DNA of 64,000 nt from an uncultured Gammaproteobacteria bacterium (GTDB lineage: Bacteria > Patescibacteriota > Patescibacteriia > UBA9934 > GWF2-40-263), in the NCBI GenBank assembly GCA_964538435.1, contig CAZIDX010000003.1:15948-79947 (forward strand). The letters are read 5' to 3'. Position 1 is the stretch's first letter. Each line of letters starts with the position of its first letter. The notes beneath the pieces are model-generated. The model ran no database searches and was not told the DNA's origin. It saw only the letters and a program-made list of their open reading frames with translations. A program made the position numbers and the translations under genes. This document shows positions 1 through 10,922 of the stretch, piece after piece.

Positions 1-933
1 CTTTGCCTCAGGACTTGATGCGATAAGCTCATCAATGACATCAGGAAGATCAGCCTCTTCAGCGCCTGCATGCATAAAATCCTGCTGAGAAAGAAGCGAC
101 CACACAATCTTTGCGTCCTCATCCACCTTTAATCGAGCAAGTGCCCTGCCCCAAAGACGAAGCGTCTGCACAGATCGTGTTCGATAAAGCTGCTCAACAA
201 TATGCTCTCGCTTTGCCCCTCGCGCAATAAGCTTACTCGCTGTTTGAAGCGTCTTTGGTGTTACATTATTTGTCCTAAAACTTTTTGTCTTTGCAATCAT
301 GCCTGTCAAAAACGCTGTAGCAACTTCTTCATCAATAAGCCCTGGCTCAATCGTCTCGATCAAATCATAACAAACCTCTCCACATGCAGATGCTGTAAAA
401 TCCACAACATTAATCTGTCCGTAATGTTCATTGTCAGGAGAGTGGTCGATATTAATGACAGGTGTGCGGAAAAAGAAATCTGGATTCTCGCTATATAAGT
501 GAGCACACGACTCATAGTCAGGCGAGCCAATACAAAAGATAAGATCAAACCGATATCCAGAAGCACTTGTGCGAACATCTTTCTGATCCCAGAACCCTTT
601 CTTAGGAGAGAGATACACAAAAAGACGATCTTCTTTTAACTCATAGGAAAGCTCGTCAACAGGTGTCTTGGTGGCATCAAGCTCAATCACAAACTGACGC
701 AAATTCTCAAGACTGGGTTGAATCTCACGATGCCCCTGCAAAAACTGAAGGTTCTTTGGCGCACCACCATCAGCCGCAACAACAACAGGTTTTTTCTCAA
801 GCTTGCGCAGAACCTTACTAAGTCCAATAGCCGCAGCATAAGCATCACTACCCCCACCTGATGGAACGCAAATAAGCGGACGATTGCTCCGCTTAATGGT
901 TTCGATCACTTGTTGTGACTCTTTCAATGCCAT
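1..933 (-). CDS. DHH-family phosphoesterase (NrnA-like), runs off the window edge
   Basis: Translated by hand from ATG at 933: MALKESQQVIETIKRS...VINIDHSPDNEHYGQINVVD...ATAFLTGMIAKTKSF...LRLWGRALARL. The DHH motif reads DHS. Confidence 0.8.
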   Translation of the reverse strand, partial: MALKESQQVIETIKRSNRPLICVPSGGGSDAYAAAIGLSKVLRKLEKKPVVVAADGGAPKNLQFLQGHREIQPSLENLRQFVIELDATKTPVDELSYELKEDRLFVYLSPKKGFWDQKDVRTSASGYRFDLIFCIGSPDYESCAHLYSENPDFFFRTPVINIDHSPDNEHYGQINVVDFTASACGEVCYDLIETIEPGLIDEEVATAFLTGMIAKTKSFRTNNVTPKTLQTASKLIARGAKREHIVEQLYRTRSVQTLRLWGRALARLKVDEDAKIVWSLLSQQDFMHAGAEEADLPDVIDELIASSPEAK

Positions 934-1099
934 GTAGAAACCTTGTCGCTCACAAACACGGCCAGAGTCTTTAAATCCCCTCTCATGAAGCCATGCTATT
1001 TCGAGTTTGTTAATAACCATCAACAAGCATGGGAAGAAAGTAATTTACCTCGAAAAAACCAGAGCGTCAAGGGTTTGTGTGGATGAAGACAGGCAAAGC

Positions 1100-1127
1100 A
1101 AAAACAGGGCAAAAAGCCCTGTTTTTT
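1100..1127. terminator. Intrinsic terminator hairpin
   Basis: AAAAACAGGGC-AAAAA-GCCCTGTTTTTT, just downstream of 1131..3671. Confidence 0.7.
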
Positions 1128-1130
1128 AGT

Positions 1131-3671
1131 TTATTCTTGCACTGGAGTCTCTTCAGTTTCCGCCACAGGCTCTTCACCTGATTCCTCAAGCTCAGTATTT
1201 TCCCCTTCCTCTATTTCTCCATCCACCTCTTGAGCAGGCTCCTCAACGATCTCTCCGGTATCAATCTCTGTTGTAGCTCCTTGTCCTGACTGAATTGGCT
1301 CTGGAATCACTGTCGTCACCTCCCCAGCCTTCATACGCTCTAAACGATTCTGCGCGACCTCATTCCCTGGATTGTACTGAACCACCTGCTCAACAAGCCT
1401 TAGCGCTTCATATGTTTCTCCACTAATCTCATAGAGCGACGCTAGATACCAAAGCGCGTTCGAATAACTTGGATCAAGTTCCACGATCCGCTCTAGCTCG
1501 GTTGTGGCTGATTCATATTCCCCCAAACGAATGAGCATTTGTGAAAGCTGGAACGCAACACCAATATCAGCAAGGTTGTTATTTCTAAGTGCAGCCAACC
1601 GAACCGCAGCTTGTTCAAGCTGCCCCTGCCGTTCATATACTGCTGCTAAGTAGTAATGCGCTGGAAGATAATCAGATTTAAGCTCAACCGCTCCGGTAAA
1701 AGCTTCCTCAGCAACAAGTAGTAGTCCTGCCTCTTGCTCAGCAGCTGTTGTTGCAAGCTCAACATCTTCAGCATTTCGAAGCGCACGCGCCCGGTCTGCA
1801 ACCGTAAGATACACACGACCTAAGTTTGTTCTATGAGTTGGATTTGTTGGCTCAAGCTGAATAGCATTCATAAACATCTGCGCTGCCAAATCTTCTGCCC
1901 CCTGAGCAAAACTCATGAGATCTCGATAGATCGAACCAAGCATCACCCAGTTAGAAACATAGTTCGGCTCAATCCTTGTTGCAGCAGAGGCAGACCCAAT
2001 CGCTTTTGAAACAATATCTACCACCTCTTGTGTTTGCTCTGTTGTAAGCTCGGCTGTTGCACTCGAAACCACATTCTGTGCCTGCACAAGATAAGCAGAA
2101 GCAAGATTGCGTTGATAACTATCATTAAATCCATTCAAACTAACAGCCTCCTCAAGAGCAGAAACAACATAAGACACATCAGCTCCTCCCTGATCTAATT
2201 CAAGAGCTTTTGCAAACGTAACCTCAGCCGCATACCGCTGACCCGTTACAAACAATGAGCCAAGAAGAGCAATTGCAACCACCACAAACGCAAACGATGT
2301 TGCAAGCCCCAACTTTGGAGCTCGAGCAAAATCTGTTTTCCAAAACTTCACCATCACCTGAGAGGCTAAGAGGCCTGAAAAACCCCAAAGCATAAACTGC
2401 ATGGTGAAATTTGATGAATAAAGCAAATGCGAAATGAAAAGCACTGCCCACCCAGAGAACATCACATACGTCATCTTCCACTCTTCATGATCTCGCTCAA
2501 ACACAAGACGCCCAACAGCCTTCACCCCAATCCAAAACATGAGAACAAGCCACAGCACAGTCCCAACCACACCAAGTGTCGCAAACGTTGTCAGAGCAGC
2601 ACTTTTTGCGCGATCAAATCTGAGCATCCAAAGCTGAGAATTATTCACATCAGCTGGCTTGTATGCAAGATAATCATAAAGGAATGTTCCTGGCCCTGAC
2701 CCAAACAACAAGTTACTTGTTTCAGCCCCAACCGTTGTGGTTGCAATATCCCAACTTGTGCCAAAACTTGGCGAAACTACAATAGGAACACTGAGCTGAA
2801 ACGGAGTCGGTAAAAACAAAAGGACAACACTAACGAACAAAATAATCAAAGGAAGAGCAAACCTTTTAGGATTAGGGAACTCCTGGGACTGAATAAACAC
2901 GAATGTCCCCAAAAGAAGCACTCCAATAATATTAATTACCCAAAAGAGCCAAAAGTCTACAGAAACAAGCGTTACCAAATTAATAAGAGCCACTACAATA
3001 ATAAAGATGCGCATAGCAACCCCCAACCCTCCTTCTGGAATAACTCGATCTCTTCCTTTATTAGACACAAGCCACATTGCAAACCCCACAAACATAACAG
3101 CTGTCATGAACGTGATGAATCCATTAATCGTCCCAATCGTGTTAAACCCTATAGCCTGCGCAAAATCAAACGGTAAATAAAAAAGCCCAAGCATGCTCGA
3201 CAATGTGATGAGTCCTGTAATCGCAGAAGAAAGAAGCAGAGCAAACAAAATATTGCGCTGAACAAGCGTGTCATACGCGATATTCATGAGCATATAAAAC
3301 AAAAACACAAACATGGCCAAAGAAAGGAAGCTTGTATACTCCTGCGAAGCATCCCCCACCCATGTTCGGTATCCTGATACAGACAAGATCGAAGAAACAA
3401 GCACAGCGACAAAAAACAATGCTGGCACAAGATTAAGCCACCCCGATCTAAAAACAAGTTTCTTTGAAATCACCATTTGTCCAAACCACGCTGCAAGACC
3501 AACAACAGCTAGCACGACAAACAACATCTGCTTGTTCTGCTCCAGTACATTCGTTGTCCATGGAAGAAAAAAGATGGGGATGAGAAAGAACAAAAGGTAC
3601 ATTGCCCAAACGGCAGCCATTTGGAACACACCTGTGACCTCCTTTTTTCTCATTGCTGTAGTCGTTGGCAT
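1131..3671 (-). CDS. Polytopic membrane protein, O-antigen-ligase-like region plus C-terminal TPR repeats and acidic tail
   Basis: Many TM helices, LFGSGPGTF motif, TPR-like helices (AIQLEPTNPTHRTNLGRVY; ELDPSYSNALWYLA). Confidence 0.8.
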   Translation of the reverse strand: MPTTTAMRKKEVTGVFQMAAVWAMYLLFFLIPIFFLPWTTNVLEQNKQMLFVVLAVVGLAAWFGQMVISKKLVFRSGWLNLVPALFFVAVLVSSILSVSGYRTWVGDASQEYTSFLSLAMFVFLFYMLMNIAYDTLVQRNILFALLLSSAITGLITLSSMLGLFYLPFDFAQAIGFNTIGTINGFITFMTAVMFVGFAMWLVSNKGRDRVIPEGGLGVAMRIFIIVVALINLVTLVSVDFWLFWVINIIGVLLLGTFVFIQSQEFPNPKRFALPLIILFVSVVLLFLPTPFQLSVPIVVSPSFGTSWDIATTTVGAETSNLLFGSGPGTFLYDYLAYKPADVNNSQLWMLRFDRAKSAALTTFATLGVVGTVLWLVLMFWIGVKAVGRLVFERDHEEWKMTYVMFSGWAVLFISHLLYSSNFTMQFMLWGFSGLLASQVMVKFWKTDFARAPKLGLATSFAFVVVAIALLGSLFVTGQRYAAEVTFAKALELDQGGADVSYVVSALEEAVSLNGFNDSYQRNLASAYLVQAQNVVSSATAELTTEQTQEVVDIVSKAIGSASAATRIEPNYVSNWVMLGSIYRDLMSFAQGAEDLAAQMFMNAIQLEPTNPTHRTNLGRVYLTVADRARALRNAEDVELATTAAEQEAGLLLVAEEAFTGAVELKSDYLPAHYYLAAVYERQGQLEQAAVRLAALRNNNLADIGVAFQLSQMLIRLGEYESATTELERIVELDPSYSNALWYLASLYEISGETYEALRLVEQVVQYNPGNEVAQNRLERMKAGEVTTVIPEPIQSGQGATTEIDTGEIVEEPAQEVDGEIEEGENTELEESGEEPVAETEETPVQE

Positions 3672-3703
3672 AAGACGAAAATGAAATTTTTGATAACCTG
3701 TTA

Positions 3704-4189
3704 TTAATTTGATCCTTTATACTGATAGATAGCCTGCATCACCTTTGAATCTGGCTTCATGTTCTCAAAAAAGAGAATGTGCTCTGGATTAAGTTGCATG
3801 ACATCCTCTGGTCCATGCGCTTCATTTCCAAGCTTGATAAGCGAGATGTTTGCTGCTGTGTCAACAGAAGTGCCTGACTGAAGATAATACACATCAGAAA
3901 GCGTATAAAACGGCTCAGTGGTAAGATCGAGCCTCCCAAAATACACCTGACCATTGTCCAAAAACACAGACTGATAAGCATCAGATGATGGAGTGATCTG
4001 AATCTCATCCCCATCTTCTGTGATAACCGTTGTCACCGGAAGTTCAGGTGCTGGCTTTAAAAACAACCACCATCCCGCAACAAGAACAATAGCGAGGATA
4101 ATGATCCCCCATATCCAACCGAAATTTCCTCCAGCCCCCTTCTTTGTGTGCCCAATTGGACCCTTGTTCATCTTTGATTCAATAGCCAT
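3704..4189 (-). CDS. Single-TM conserved hypothetical protein
   Basis: N-terminal TM; YQSVFLDNGQVYFGRL...LSDVYYLQ...KLGNEAHGPED motif, which I recall from CPR proteins. Confidence 0.75.
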   Translation of the reverse strand: MAIESKMNKGPIGHTKKGAGGNFGWIWGIIILAIVLVAGWWLFLKPAPELPVTTVITEDGDEIQITPSSDAYQSVFLDNGQVYFGRLDLTTEPFYTLSDVYYLQSGTSVDTAANISLIKLGNEAHGPEDVMQLNPEHILFFENMKPDSKVMQAIYQYKGSN

Positions 4190-4266
4190 ATTGTTGAGGT
4201 AAATACGCTGATAATGTTACCTGAAGGCAGAGGTGCTGACAAGTTGACAACTCTCAATATATAAGC

Positions 4267-4295
4267 AAAAACAGGGCCTGTTTAGACCCTGTTTT
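4267..4295. terminator. Intrinsic terminator hairpin
   Basis: AAAAACAGGG-CCTGTTTAGA-CCCTGTTTT after the giant gene. Confidence 0.65.
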
Positions 4296-4302
4296 GTTCT
4301 TT

Positions 4303-7300
4303 TTACTCTACGACAGGCTCCTCAACCACCGGCTCTTCCTCAACTGGCTCCTCAACAGGAACCTCCTCTTCAACCACCGGCTCTTCCTCAGCTGCAGGCT
4401 CTTCTACGACAGGCTCCTCAACCACCGGCTCTTCCTCAACTGGCTCCTCAGCAGGAACCTCCTCTTCAACCACCGGCTCTTCCTCAGCTGCAGGCTCTTC
4501 TTGAGCAGGAACCTCTGGCTCTGGAACTGGAGCTGGAGCAGGCGCTTCACTCACTGTTACCCCAATCGTTTCTGTTTCTCCATTTGAAATTGAGACAACT
4601 GGTTCAATTGCACCAATGGCAATCCAGTTAAGTTCAATATTGTCTGGAGTCGTGCTACCCGCACTGTGGTTAATTGTGAATCCAGTTGTTGACTCGTCAC
4701 TGATCCAAAGTCGACCAGGAACATGTTCTGCACTACGCACTGAGAATGTGACAATCGGAAGTGAGTCGTACTCATTCTCAAATGTTACACGCACTGAGTT
4801 ATCACCGGCATTGATCCTTGCTCGCCCAGCCATATCGCGTGATCCATAAAGGTGCTCAGCAACACTTACAGACCCAGCAAACACATGGTCGCCAACTTCT
4901 AGAGTCTCATCAGCCATAGCAACAGCATCACTGCTTCCACCCTGCAAGCTTGTTGCTGGCTCATACCAACCAGTGCTCACAAACACACGAATGGTTCCGT
5001 CACCCGCACCATCAAAGCTCTCCATGGCCGTACCAATCGTCCAACCTTCTGCAACAGCCTTTGCACCGTACCCAGCCACACTTGAAAGGCCAACCCGATC
5101 TCCCACAGCAATAGCGCCATTCTCTCCATTCACCTTTACAGGCACACGACCAGCAAGCGCCACTGGCATAACAAGCTCTCCAGGGAACTCATTACCAATC
5201 ACTTCAGCTGGATCAGTTGAGACAATACCAATCGCTTTTGTCCCAGCTCCTGAAACAGCTTTTTCAACCCTTGCATACTCATCAGTAAGAGACACAACAT
5301 CTCCCATTGCCACACCAGACGACACCTTATAATACTCAGCATAGTCAGCTCCGATTCCACCTTGGAACCACATTTCCACCCAATCCGTTCCATCATACAT
5401 AAGACCCAGAGTATCTCCATTTCCAAGCTCTCGGGTTGCAGCCCCAAGCTGAACCCCGCTCACAACTGAATCATGGTCGTTCAATGTAACCTTGTTTGTA
5501 GCGTGTGCCCCACGAAGGATCAAGGTCTGACCCTCAACACCATCACTGATTGATGGATTCGAAGTGAGAGTAACAGCACCGCTTCCTGTTACAGACACAT
5601 GAGCAGCAATTGGATTGATTGCACTACCAGTTAAAAGCCCTGTTTGTGCATTCGCCTCAAGAATCGCCTTACCCTTTGTAGTTGTATCTCCATCAGAATC
5701 TACTTTAAATACAACATTTGTTCCTGTGCTATCAACAATCCTAAACTCGCTCGAACCAGCAGCTTCTCCAAGTTGAGTAATCACATGACTTCCACTGTTT
5801 GAACTCTGCAAAACAAGATTTCCAGCTGTATTGTTGATCACCAAACTTCCAGTACCATTCACAATTCGAGAAAGTGAACCCGTATGATCGATAACCAGAT
5901 CAGAACCAGCACCAACATTAATCGCATCGTTATCTCCGACATTAATCGAACCAGTCACGGTAAGGTGGCCCTCATTCGTTCCTTCAGCCAATCTCATAAG
6001 TTGATTAGGTGTTCCTCCAGTATCCTCCTCAACCCAATCAATCAATGAACCCCCAGTATCTGTGATTGTGATCATGGCTGTATCATCTTCAAAATAGAGG
6101 TTTGTGTCCCACCCTGATCCAATCGCAAGTCCTGCCTCCAAAACAGATGTACTTGCAGAAGGGTTTGCTAAGTTGTTAATCGCAATTCCAGAATAGTAGT
6201 TATTCAGACCAGTCCATGTTGATCCGTTATTGTTCGCATTCACCGCAATCATGGTTTGCCTGTCAGTTCCATTTCCACCACCAGCACCTAATGTGTAGCT
6301 CATACCTGAATCGATCGTGTCAGTATTTGGTGTGTAGGTGTAGGAAAGACTGTTGCCAGCAGAACCAGTAATCGCGGTTAACACATCAAGTGTTAATGAA
6401 TCAGAGATCGCTGTGAAATCAAGCGTATCAGCAAGCAAATCTGCATTCTCCACATTTGTGAGTGTGTTTCCTGCTCCGTTCGCATCAAAAGCAGCTCCAG
6501 TAATAGCACCTGAGGTGCTGATATCCCAATCAGATGAATTGATCGCCACAGTTCCGCCACCCCCTCCAATCGTTACAGTACCTGTTGAAGTTCCTGTGTT
6601 GATCTGCGTATTGAAACCTGCATCATGGTTTAAGCTCACCAAACCACCAGCAATTCCAGCTCCAGCCTGTCCTGTGATCGTTCCTCCTGCTGTGATTGCA
6701 GTTACATCAGTAATGTTTCCAGATGCATCAACATCAAAGTCACCACCAGCAAACGAAATCGATCCATCAGAACCAGTAACACTCCAATTCGTTCCTCCAA
6801 GATCATTCGCTCCAGCAGCAAGCGCAGCACCGATCGCAGCCGCACTCACATCAATCGCTGTTGTAATCCCTCCGCCACCAGTTGAGGTCATGAGAACACC
6901 TCTTGTTATGGCTAAATCTGCATCTGCATTATCAATAACAATTGCACTATCAAAACCATTGATATTTGCACTGTCAAGCTGGGAAATAGATAGTCCATTT
7001 GCCACTCCGGCAGTAGTTGAAGGTGTACCGTTAATCTGAGCGGCATTCACTGACCCAGCAAGGTCGCTCGCAATCAGAACGTTCTCTGTTCCTGCAAGAG
7101 TAAAGTTCACATCACTCGAGAATGTGCTAACACCGCTGTCATTAATACGGAACACATCAGCACCTGCATCTCTAACAAGAAAATCTCCTGTTCCGTTTGC
7201 GTCAAAAATGAATGCACTCGCACCCAAATTGAACGTTGTCGAAGCATCAAGTGTAATATTGTCCCCAAGATGATCAAAAGACAAAGAATCATCCAGCACT

Positions 7301-10300
7301 TCATTTGCACCAACAGAATCCATTGGAAGCACAACCTCACTGTCACCCGACCCATCAGTCAAGAACGAAATCGCTGTCACTCCAGTTGTACCAACATTGA
7401 TTGAGGTTGCATTGCTTGTTCCAAGATTGAGCGCACCAGCACCAATGGTATCAAGACCTTGACCACCAGGGAGACTCAAGCTTCCAGCAGCAGTCAAAAG
7501 AACGTTTTGAGCAACCATGGAGATATTCTCCCCACTGTCCAATCCGTTCACACCAGCAATCAAGTTAAGAGCGGTTGTATCTCCTGACGTCACATTCAAA
7601 GCTGTTGTGCTGGTCAAATCTCCTCCACCAACATTTACATCACCAAGAACCTCAACATCTCCATCTTCATCAACAGCAAACAGTTCCACCCAGTTTCCAC
7701 TAGATGGTGTTGAGGCTCCCCTACCGATTTCAAACACTTGCTGGTTTGCAGCCATTCCTAAGTTTGTTGAATCTGCTCCATACACAAACATGGCCCGTCC
7801 AATGTTCGCTGACACGGTTCCAGCTGTTACGTTTGAGAGAAGCAAATCTGTTGCGTTATATCTTGTCAGGTAGTCAGAATCTGTTCCAAAAATGAGCGGA
7901 ATACCATCGTTAAGCTGAATGTTTCCAGATCCAAGCACGATTCCATTATCCCACCCTGTTCCAATATTAAGTGCTGTCTCAGTAATTCCTGCCTGCGCAG
8001 AACTCAAATTCCCAGCATTAAATCCATACAGAACGTCCGTGTCATTCGTTGCTGCGCTTGTTAGTGCAAGCTCAATTGCTGCAACACTGTTGTCGGTGTT
8101 GTCATCTCCAAGCGTGAAGTGGATATCAATCGCGTTATTTGCTCCTGGAGTACCACCATCAATATCGATAGTCTCTGTTAGATCAATGTCAATTCCTGCC
8201 GCATCAACAAGCATCTCACCAGCATCTGACTCAAGCCAAACCGTGGCGTTATTGCTTCCAACCTGGATAGTTCGTGCCCCGTCTGTTCCAATATTAATAC
8301 CCTGAGAAACATTATCATCTCCAATTCCAATTGTGCCAGCAGATGAATTAATCGAAAGCTTATCTACAGAATCGAGCTCTAGCGAATCTCCGGATGTAAG
8401 TAGAAGATCCCCTTCATTTCCAACTGTTCTAATCGTAAAGTCATCAACATCATCCGCAGCATTTGTAAGCTCAATCACGAGTGTCTGCGCGTTTGTTCCA
8501 TCATGCGCAGCAACGGAAATGTTATTTCCAAGAGCTGTATCACTCACAGTTGTCGCAACATCCAAACTAAAGATCCCGCCGTCTGCAATATCGATCGTTG
8601 TACTTCCAGTTGAATCAAGATCAATGGTTCCAGCAGAACTTCCTACCAAATTTCCACTCGTGGCTGTTGCGAGCGTCAGATTTCCACTCGTGGCTGTTAC
8701 ATTCGATGCTCCTGTTCCATCAATAGAGAATGTACTAGACGCAAGCATGTCATACGTTCCTGTAACATCGACATCTAAATTGGCGCCAGCGTTAATATCA
8801 ACAAGTCCAGCTGAGGTAACATCCGCCTCGGCCGCCGATGAAAGAAGGAGGTTTCCAGAAGTTGCAGTGGAAAGCGTCAAATCCCCGCTCGTTGCAGTCA
8901 CATTAGAAGTTCCTACACCATCAATACTGAACACTCCTGTTGACTGCATGTCATACAATCCAACCACATCAATATCCAAATTCGCTCCCGCGCTCATGTA
9001 TGTCATGTCAGCACTCATGAGATTCAAATCTCCAGATGTTGTCGTGCGAAGTGTAAGATTCCCGCTTGTGGCAGTAACATTTGAAGCTCCCACACCATCA
9101 ATACTAAAAATTCCTGTAGTATCAAGCGTAAATGTTCCACTATCAACATCAATTGCTGCGCCGGTGTTCACAACATCAATATCATTTGTTCCGTCACCTG
9201 TAAGATCTAGGTCTCCTCCATCAGAAGCAATAGCCACACCAGCACCTCCCATAGTCAAAGTCGCATCCGAGTCAATCGTTGCTGCACCAGTCGCATCTAC
9301 TCCATAAGTTGTTCCTGTTGTGATCGTAGCTGAAGTTGTTGTATCAAGTGTGTACGTTCCAGTGACATCCACATCCATGTTTGCTGCTCCGTTGATATCG
9401 AGAAGCCCTGCAGCTGTGATGTCTACCTCACCAGAAGTTGTTGTTGTAATTGTTAGGTCTGCACCAGCAACCGTGAAGTTTGAATTTGCTGCTGCGTCAA
9501 GTGAAATCGCTCCTGTTGAATCAACAAGTACACCGCCTGTACCTGCGTTCAAATCAAGAGTTGAGCTCGAAGTATTGTTTCCGATCGTAACGGATTTTGT
9601 TCCAGAACTGTTGTTTGCAAGATTGATGGAATCATTTCCTGTTCCAGTCGCCAGGTTAAGCGTGACTGCAACATCGTTATCCGCAATATTGATTGACTTG
9701 CTATCAGTTGAAGTTCGAAGGTAGATCTCACTCTGTGAGCTGGTCAAGTAAATATCTCCTGTGGAACCAGCTGCTGTAAGCGCGATATCACCATCTGATG
9801 TATCCATATTAATAGGTGAACCAGACCCAGATACGTCAATATCAACACCATGAGATGATGCTGATCCAACCAGGTTGATATCAAGTGTTCGCGCATCAAT
9901 CGTAACTGCACCACTCTCGTTCACACCAGACTCATACGCATCCAAATAAATTCCTGACCCACTTGTAGTGTCTGCATCAAGCATGACTGCATCACTCGCG
10001 GCCTCATCACCCTTTACAATCACTGACCCTGTATCTGCCAAAAGCGTAAGATCACCAGCCGTTGTCGTGAAGTTTGATGCCACATCAGACGAAAGCGAAA
10101 TCGCTCCGGTTCCAGTTGATGTGATTGCCTGCCCATCACTTAGCGTGAGCCAAGCAACCCCAGCATCTTGGAAGATCACATCACCTGTTCCCTGAGTATC
10201 AAAGATAAGATCTGGATTGTTTGTGGCAGAAAGCTCAAACTCAAACCCACCCGTCTGACCCTGCGCAGCGTCTACAGTAATTTTTGATGCTGTTGCACCA

Positions 10301-10887
10301 AAACTGTTATACGCCCCATCAAGGTTAAGCGAAGCTGAAGTTGCAAGCGCATCCCAAGAAGATCCGTTGTATACGCGGAATTCGTTTGCTGTAGCGTTGT
10401 AGTACATTCGCCCTTCAAACGCATTTGATGGATCGCTTGTGTTTGTCTGTACTGCTTGTGAAAAGACTGAGTAAGGAGTCTTAAGCACCTGAATTCGACC
10501 AACCGTGTCATAGGACCCGGCTGCATCGGCTTTTACTCGCACTTCCAAATACAAATCATCTACAAAGTCTCCGATATCTGTTCCAAGCGGAACAGCAAGC
10601 GAAAAAAAGCCGTTATCAACACTGATGTCATCAACGTCGATATCAGCTGCTGCAAGACCAGAGCCTCCAGAAGCAGCACTGTAGAAGTTAAATTGGAAAT
10701 CGTAGGTACCATCGGTAACTACATCTCCGGATGTGTCTTTAAGTCGTCCTTGATATCCAATACTTCCTGGATAACCGTAGGACTGTGCAGATGCCGTAGA
10801 AGGCATGGCGAGCAGGGCCATGGTAAGGGTGCTAAACACCATGGAAACCCCCACTAACGTGTGCACGAATATTTTGGCGGTTCGCAT
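4303..10887 (-). CDS. Giant secreted surface/fibre protein (2194 aa) with a probable peptidase G2/intramolecular-chaperone-like C-terminal domain
   Basis: Signal peptide; IGYQGRLKD N-domain; G/S/T/D-rich repeats (FSIDGxGxSNVTATSGxLTL x3); GADYAEYY...IGIVSTDP...VALAGRVPVKV; E/P-rich tail. Confidence 0.85.
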   Translation of the reverse strand: MRTAKIFVHTLVGVSMVFSTLTMALLAMPSTASAQSYGYPGSIGYQGRLKDTSGDVVTDGTYDFQFNFYSAASGGSGLAAADIDVDDISVDNGFFSLAVPLGTDIGDFVDDLYLEVRVKADAAGSYDTVGRIQVLKTPYSVFSQAVQTNTSDPSNAFEGRMYYNATANEFRVYNGSSWDALATSASLNLDGAYNSFGATASKITVDAAQGQTGGFEFELSATNNPDLIFDTQGTGDVIFQDAGVAWLTLSDGQAITSTGTGAISLSSDVASNFTTTAGDLTLLADTGSVIVKGDEAASDAVMLDADTTSGSGIYLDAYESGVNESGAVTIDARTLDINLVGSASSHGVDIDVSGSGSPINMDTSDGDIALTAAGSTGDIYLTSSQSEIYLRTSTDSKSINIADNDVAVTLNLATGTGNDSINLANNSSGTKSVTIGNNTSSSTLDLNAGTGGVLVDSTGAISLDAAANSNFTVAGADLTITTTTSGEVDITAAGLLDINGAANMDVDVTGTYTLDTTTSATITTGTTYGVDATGAATIDSDATLTMGGAGVAIASDGGDLDLTGDGTNDIDVVNTGAAIDVDSGTFTLDTTGIFSIDGVGASNVTATSGNLTLRTTTSGDLNLMSADMTYMSAGANLDIDVVGLYDMQSTGVFSIDGVGTSNVTATSGDLTLSTATSGNLLLSSAAEADVTSAGLVDINAGANLDVDVTGTYDMLASSTFSIDGTGASNVTATSGNLTLATATSGNLVGSSAGTIDLDSTGSTTIDIADGGIFSLDVATTVSDTALGNNISVAAHDGTNAQTLVIELTNAADDVDDFTIRTVGNEGDLLLTSGDSLELDSVDKLSINSSAGTIGIGDDNVSQGINIGTDGARTIQVGSNNATVWLESDAGEMLVDAAGIDIDLTETIDIDGGTPGANNAIDIHFTLGDDNTDNSVAAIELALTSAATNDTDVLYGFNAGNLSSAQAGITETALNIGTGWDNGIVLGSGNIQLNDGIPLIFGTDSDYLTRYNATDLLLSNVTAGTVSANIGRAMFVYGADSTNLGMAANQQVFEIGRGASTPSSGNWVELFAVDEDGDVEVLGDVNVGGGDLTSTTALNVTSGDTTALNLIAGVNGLDSGENISMVAQNVLLTAAGSLSLPGGQGLDTIGAGALNLGTSNATSINVGTTGVTAISFLTDGSGDSEVVLPMDSVGANEVLDDSLSFDHLGDNITLDASTTFNLGASAFIFDANGTGDFLVRDAGADVFRINDSGVSTFSSDVNFTLAGTENVLIASDLAGSVNAAQINGTPSTTAGVANGLSISQLDSANINGFDSAIVIDNADADLAITRGVLMTSTGGGGITTAIDVSAAAIGAALAAGANDLGGTNWSVTGSDGSISFAGGDFDVDASGNITDVTAITAGGTITGQAGAGIAGGLVSLNHDAGFNTQINTGTSTGTVTIGGGGGTVAINSSDWDISTSGAITGAAFDANGAGNTLTNVENADLLADTLDFTAISDSLTLDVLTAITGSAGNSLSYTYTPNTDTIDSGMSYTLGAGGGNGTDRQTMIAVNANNNGSTWTGLNNYYSGIAINNLANPSASTSVLEAGLAIGSGWDTNLYFEDDTAMITITDTGGSLIDWVEEDTGGTPNQLMRLAEGTNEGHLTVTGSINVGDNDAINVGAGSDLVIDHTGSLSRIVNGTGSLVINNTAGNLVLQSSNSGSHVITQLGEAAGSSEFRIVDSTGTNVVFKVDSDGDTTTKGKAILEANAQTGLLTGSAINPIAAHVSVTGSGAVTLTSNPSISDGVEGQTLILRGAHATNKVTLNDHDSVVSGVQLGAATRELGNGDTLGLMYDGTDWVEMWFQGGIGADYAEYYKVSSGVAMGDVVSLTDEYARVEKAVSGAGTKAIGIVSTDPAEVIGNEFPGELVMPVALAGRVPVKVNGENGAIAVGDRVGLSSVAGYGAKAVAEGWTIGTAMESFDGAGDGTIRVFVSTGWYEPATSLQGGSSDAVAMADETLEVGDHVFAGSVSVAEHLYGSRDMAGRARINAGDNSVRVTFENEYDSLPIVTFSVRSAEHVPGRLWISDESTTGFTINHSAGSTTPDNIELNWIAIGAIEPVVSISNGETETIGVTVSEAPAPAPVPEPEVPAQEEPAAEEEPVVEEEVPAEEPVEEEPVVEEPVVEEPAAEEEPVVEEEVPVEEPVEEEPVVEEPVVE
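4307..4501. repeat. 96-bp tandem duplication encoding the EEP-rich tail
   Basis: Unit TCTACGACAGGCTCC...GCAGGCTCT starts at 4307 and 4403, near-identical. Confidence 0.9.
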
Positions 10888-10922
10888 ACGTTAGGTTTTA
10901 ACCTGTTGTTATTGGGTGCAAA

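Noticed and set aside
6353-10195. Several long plus-strand Ser/Val/Pro-rich ORFs
   Set aside because: They are antisense shadows of the giant low-complexity gene.
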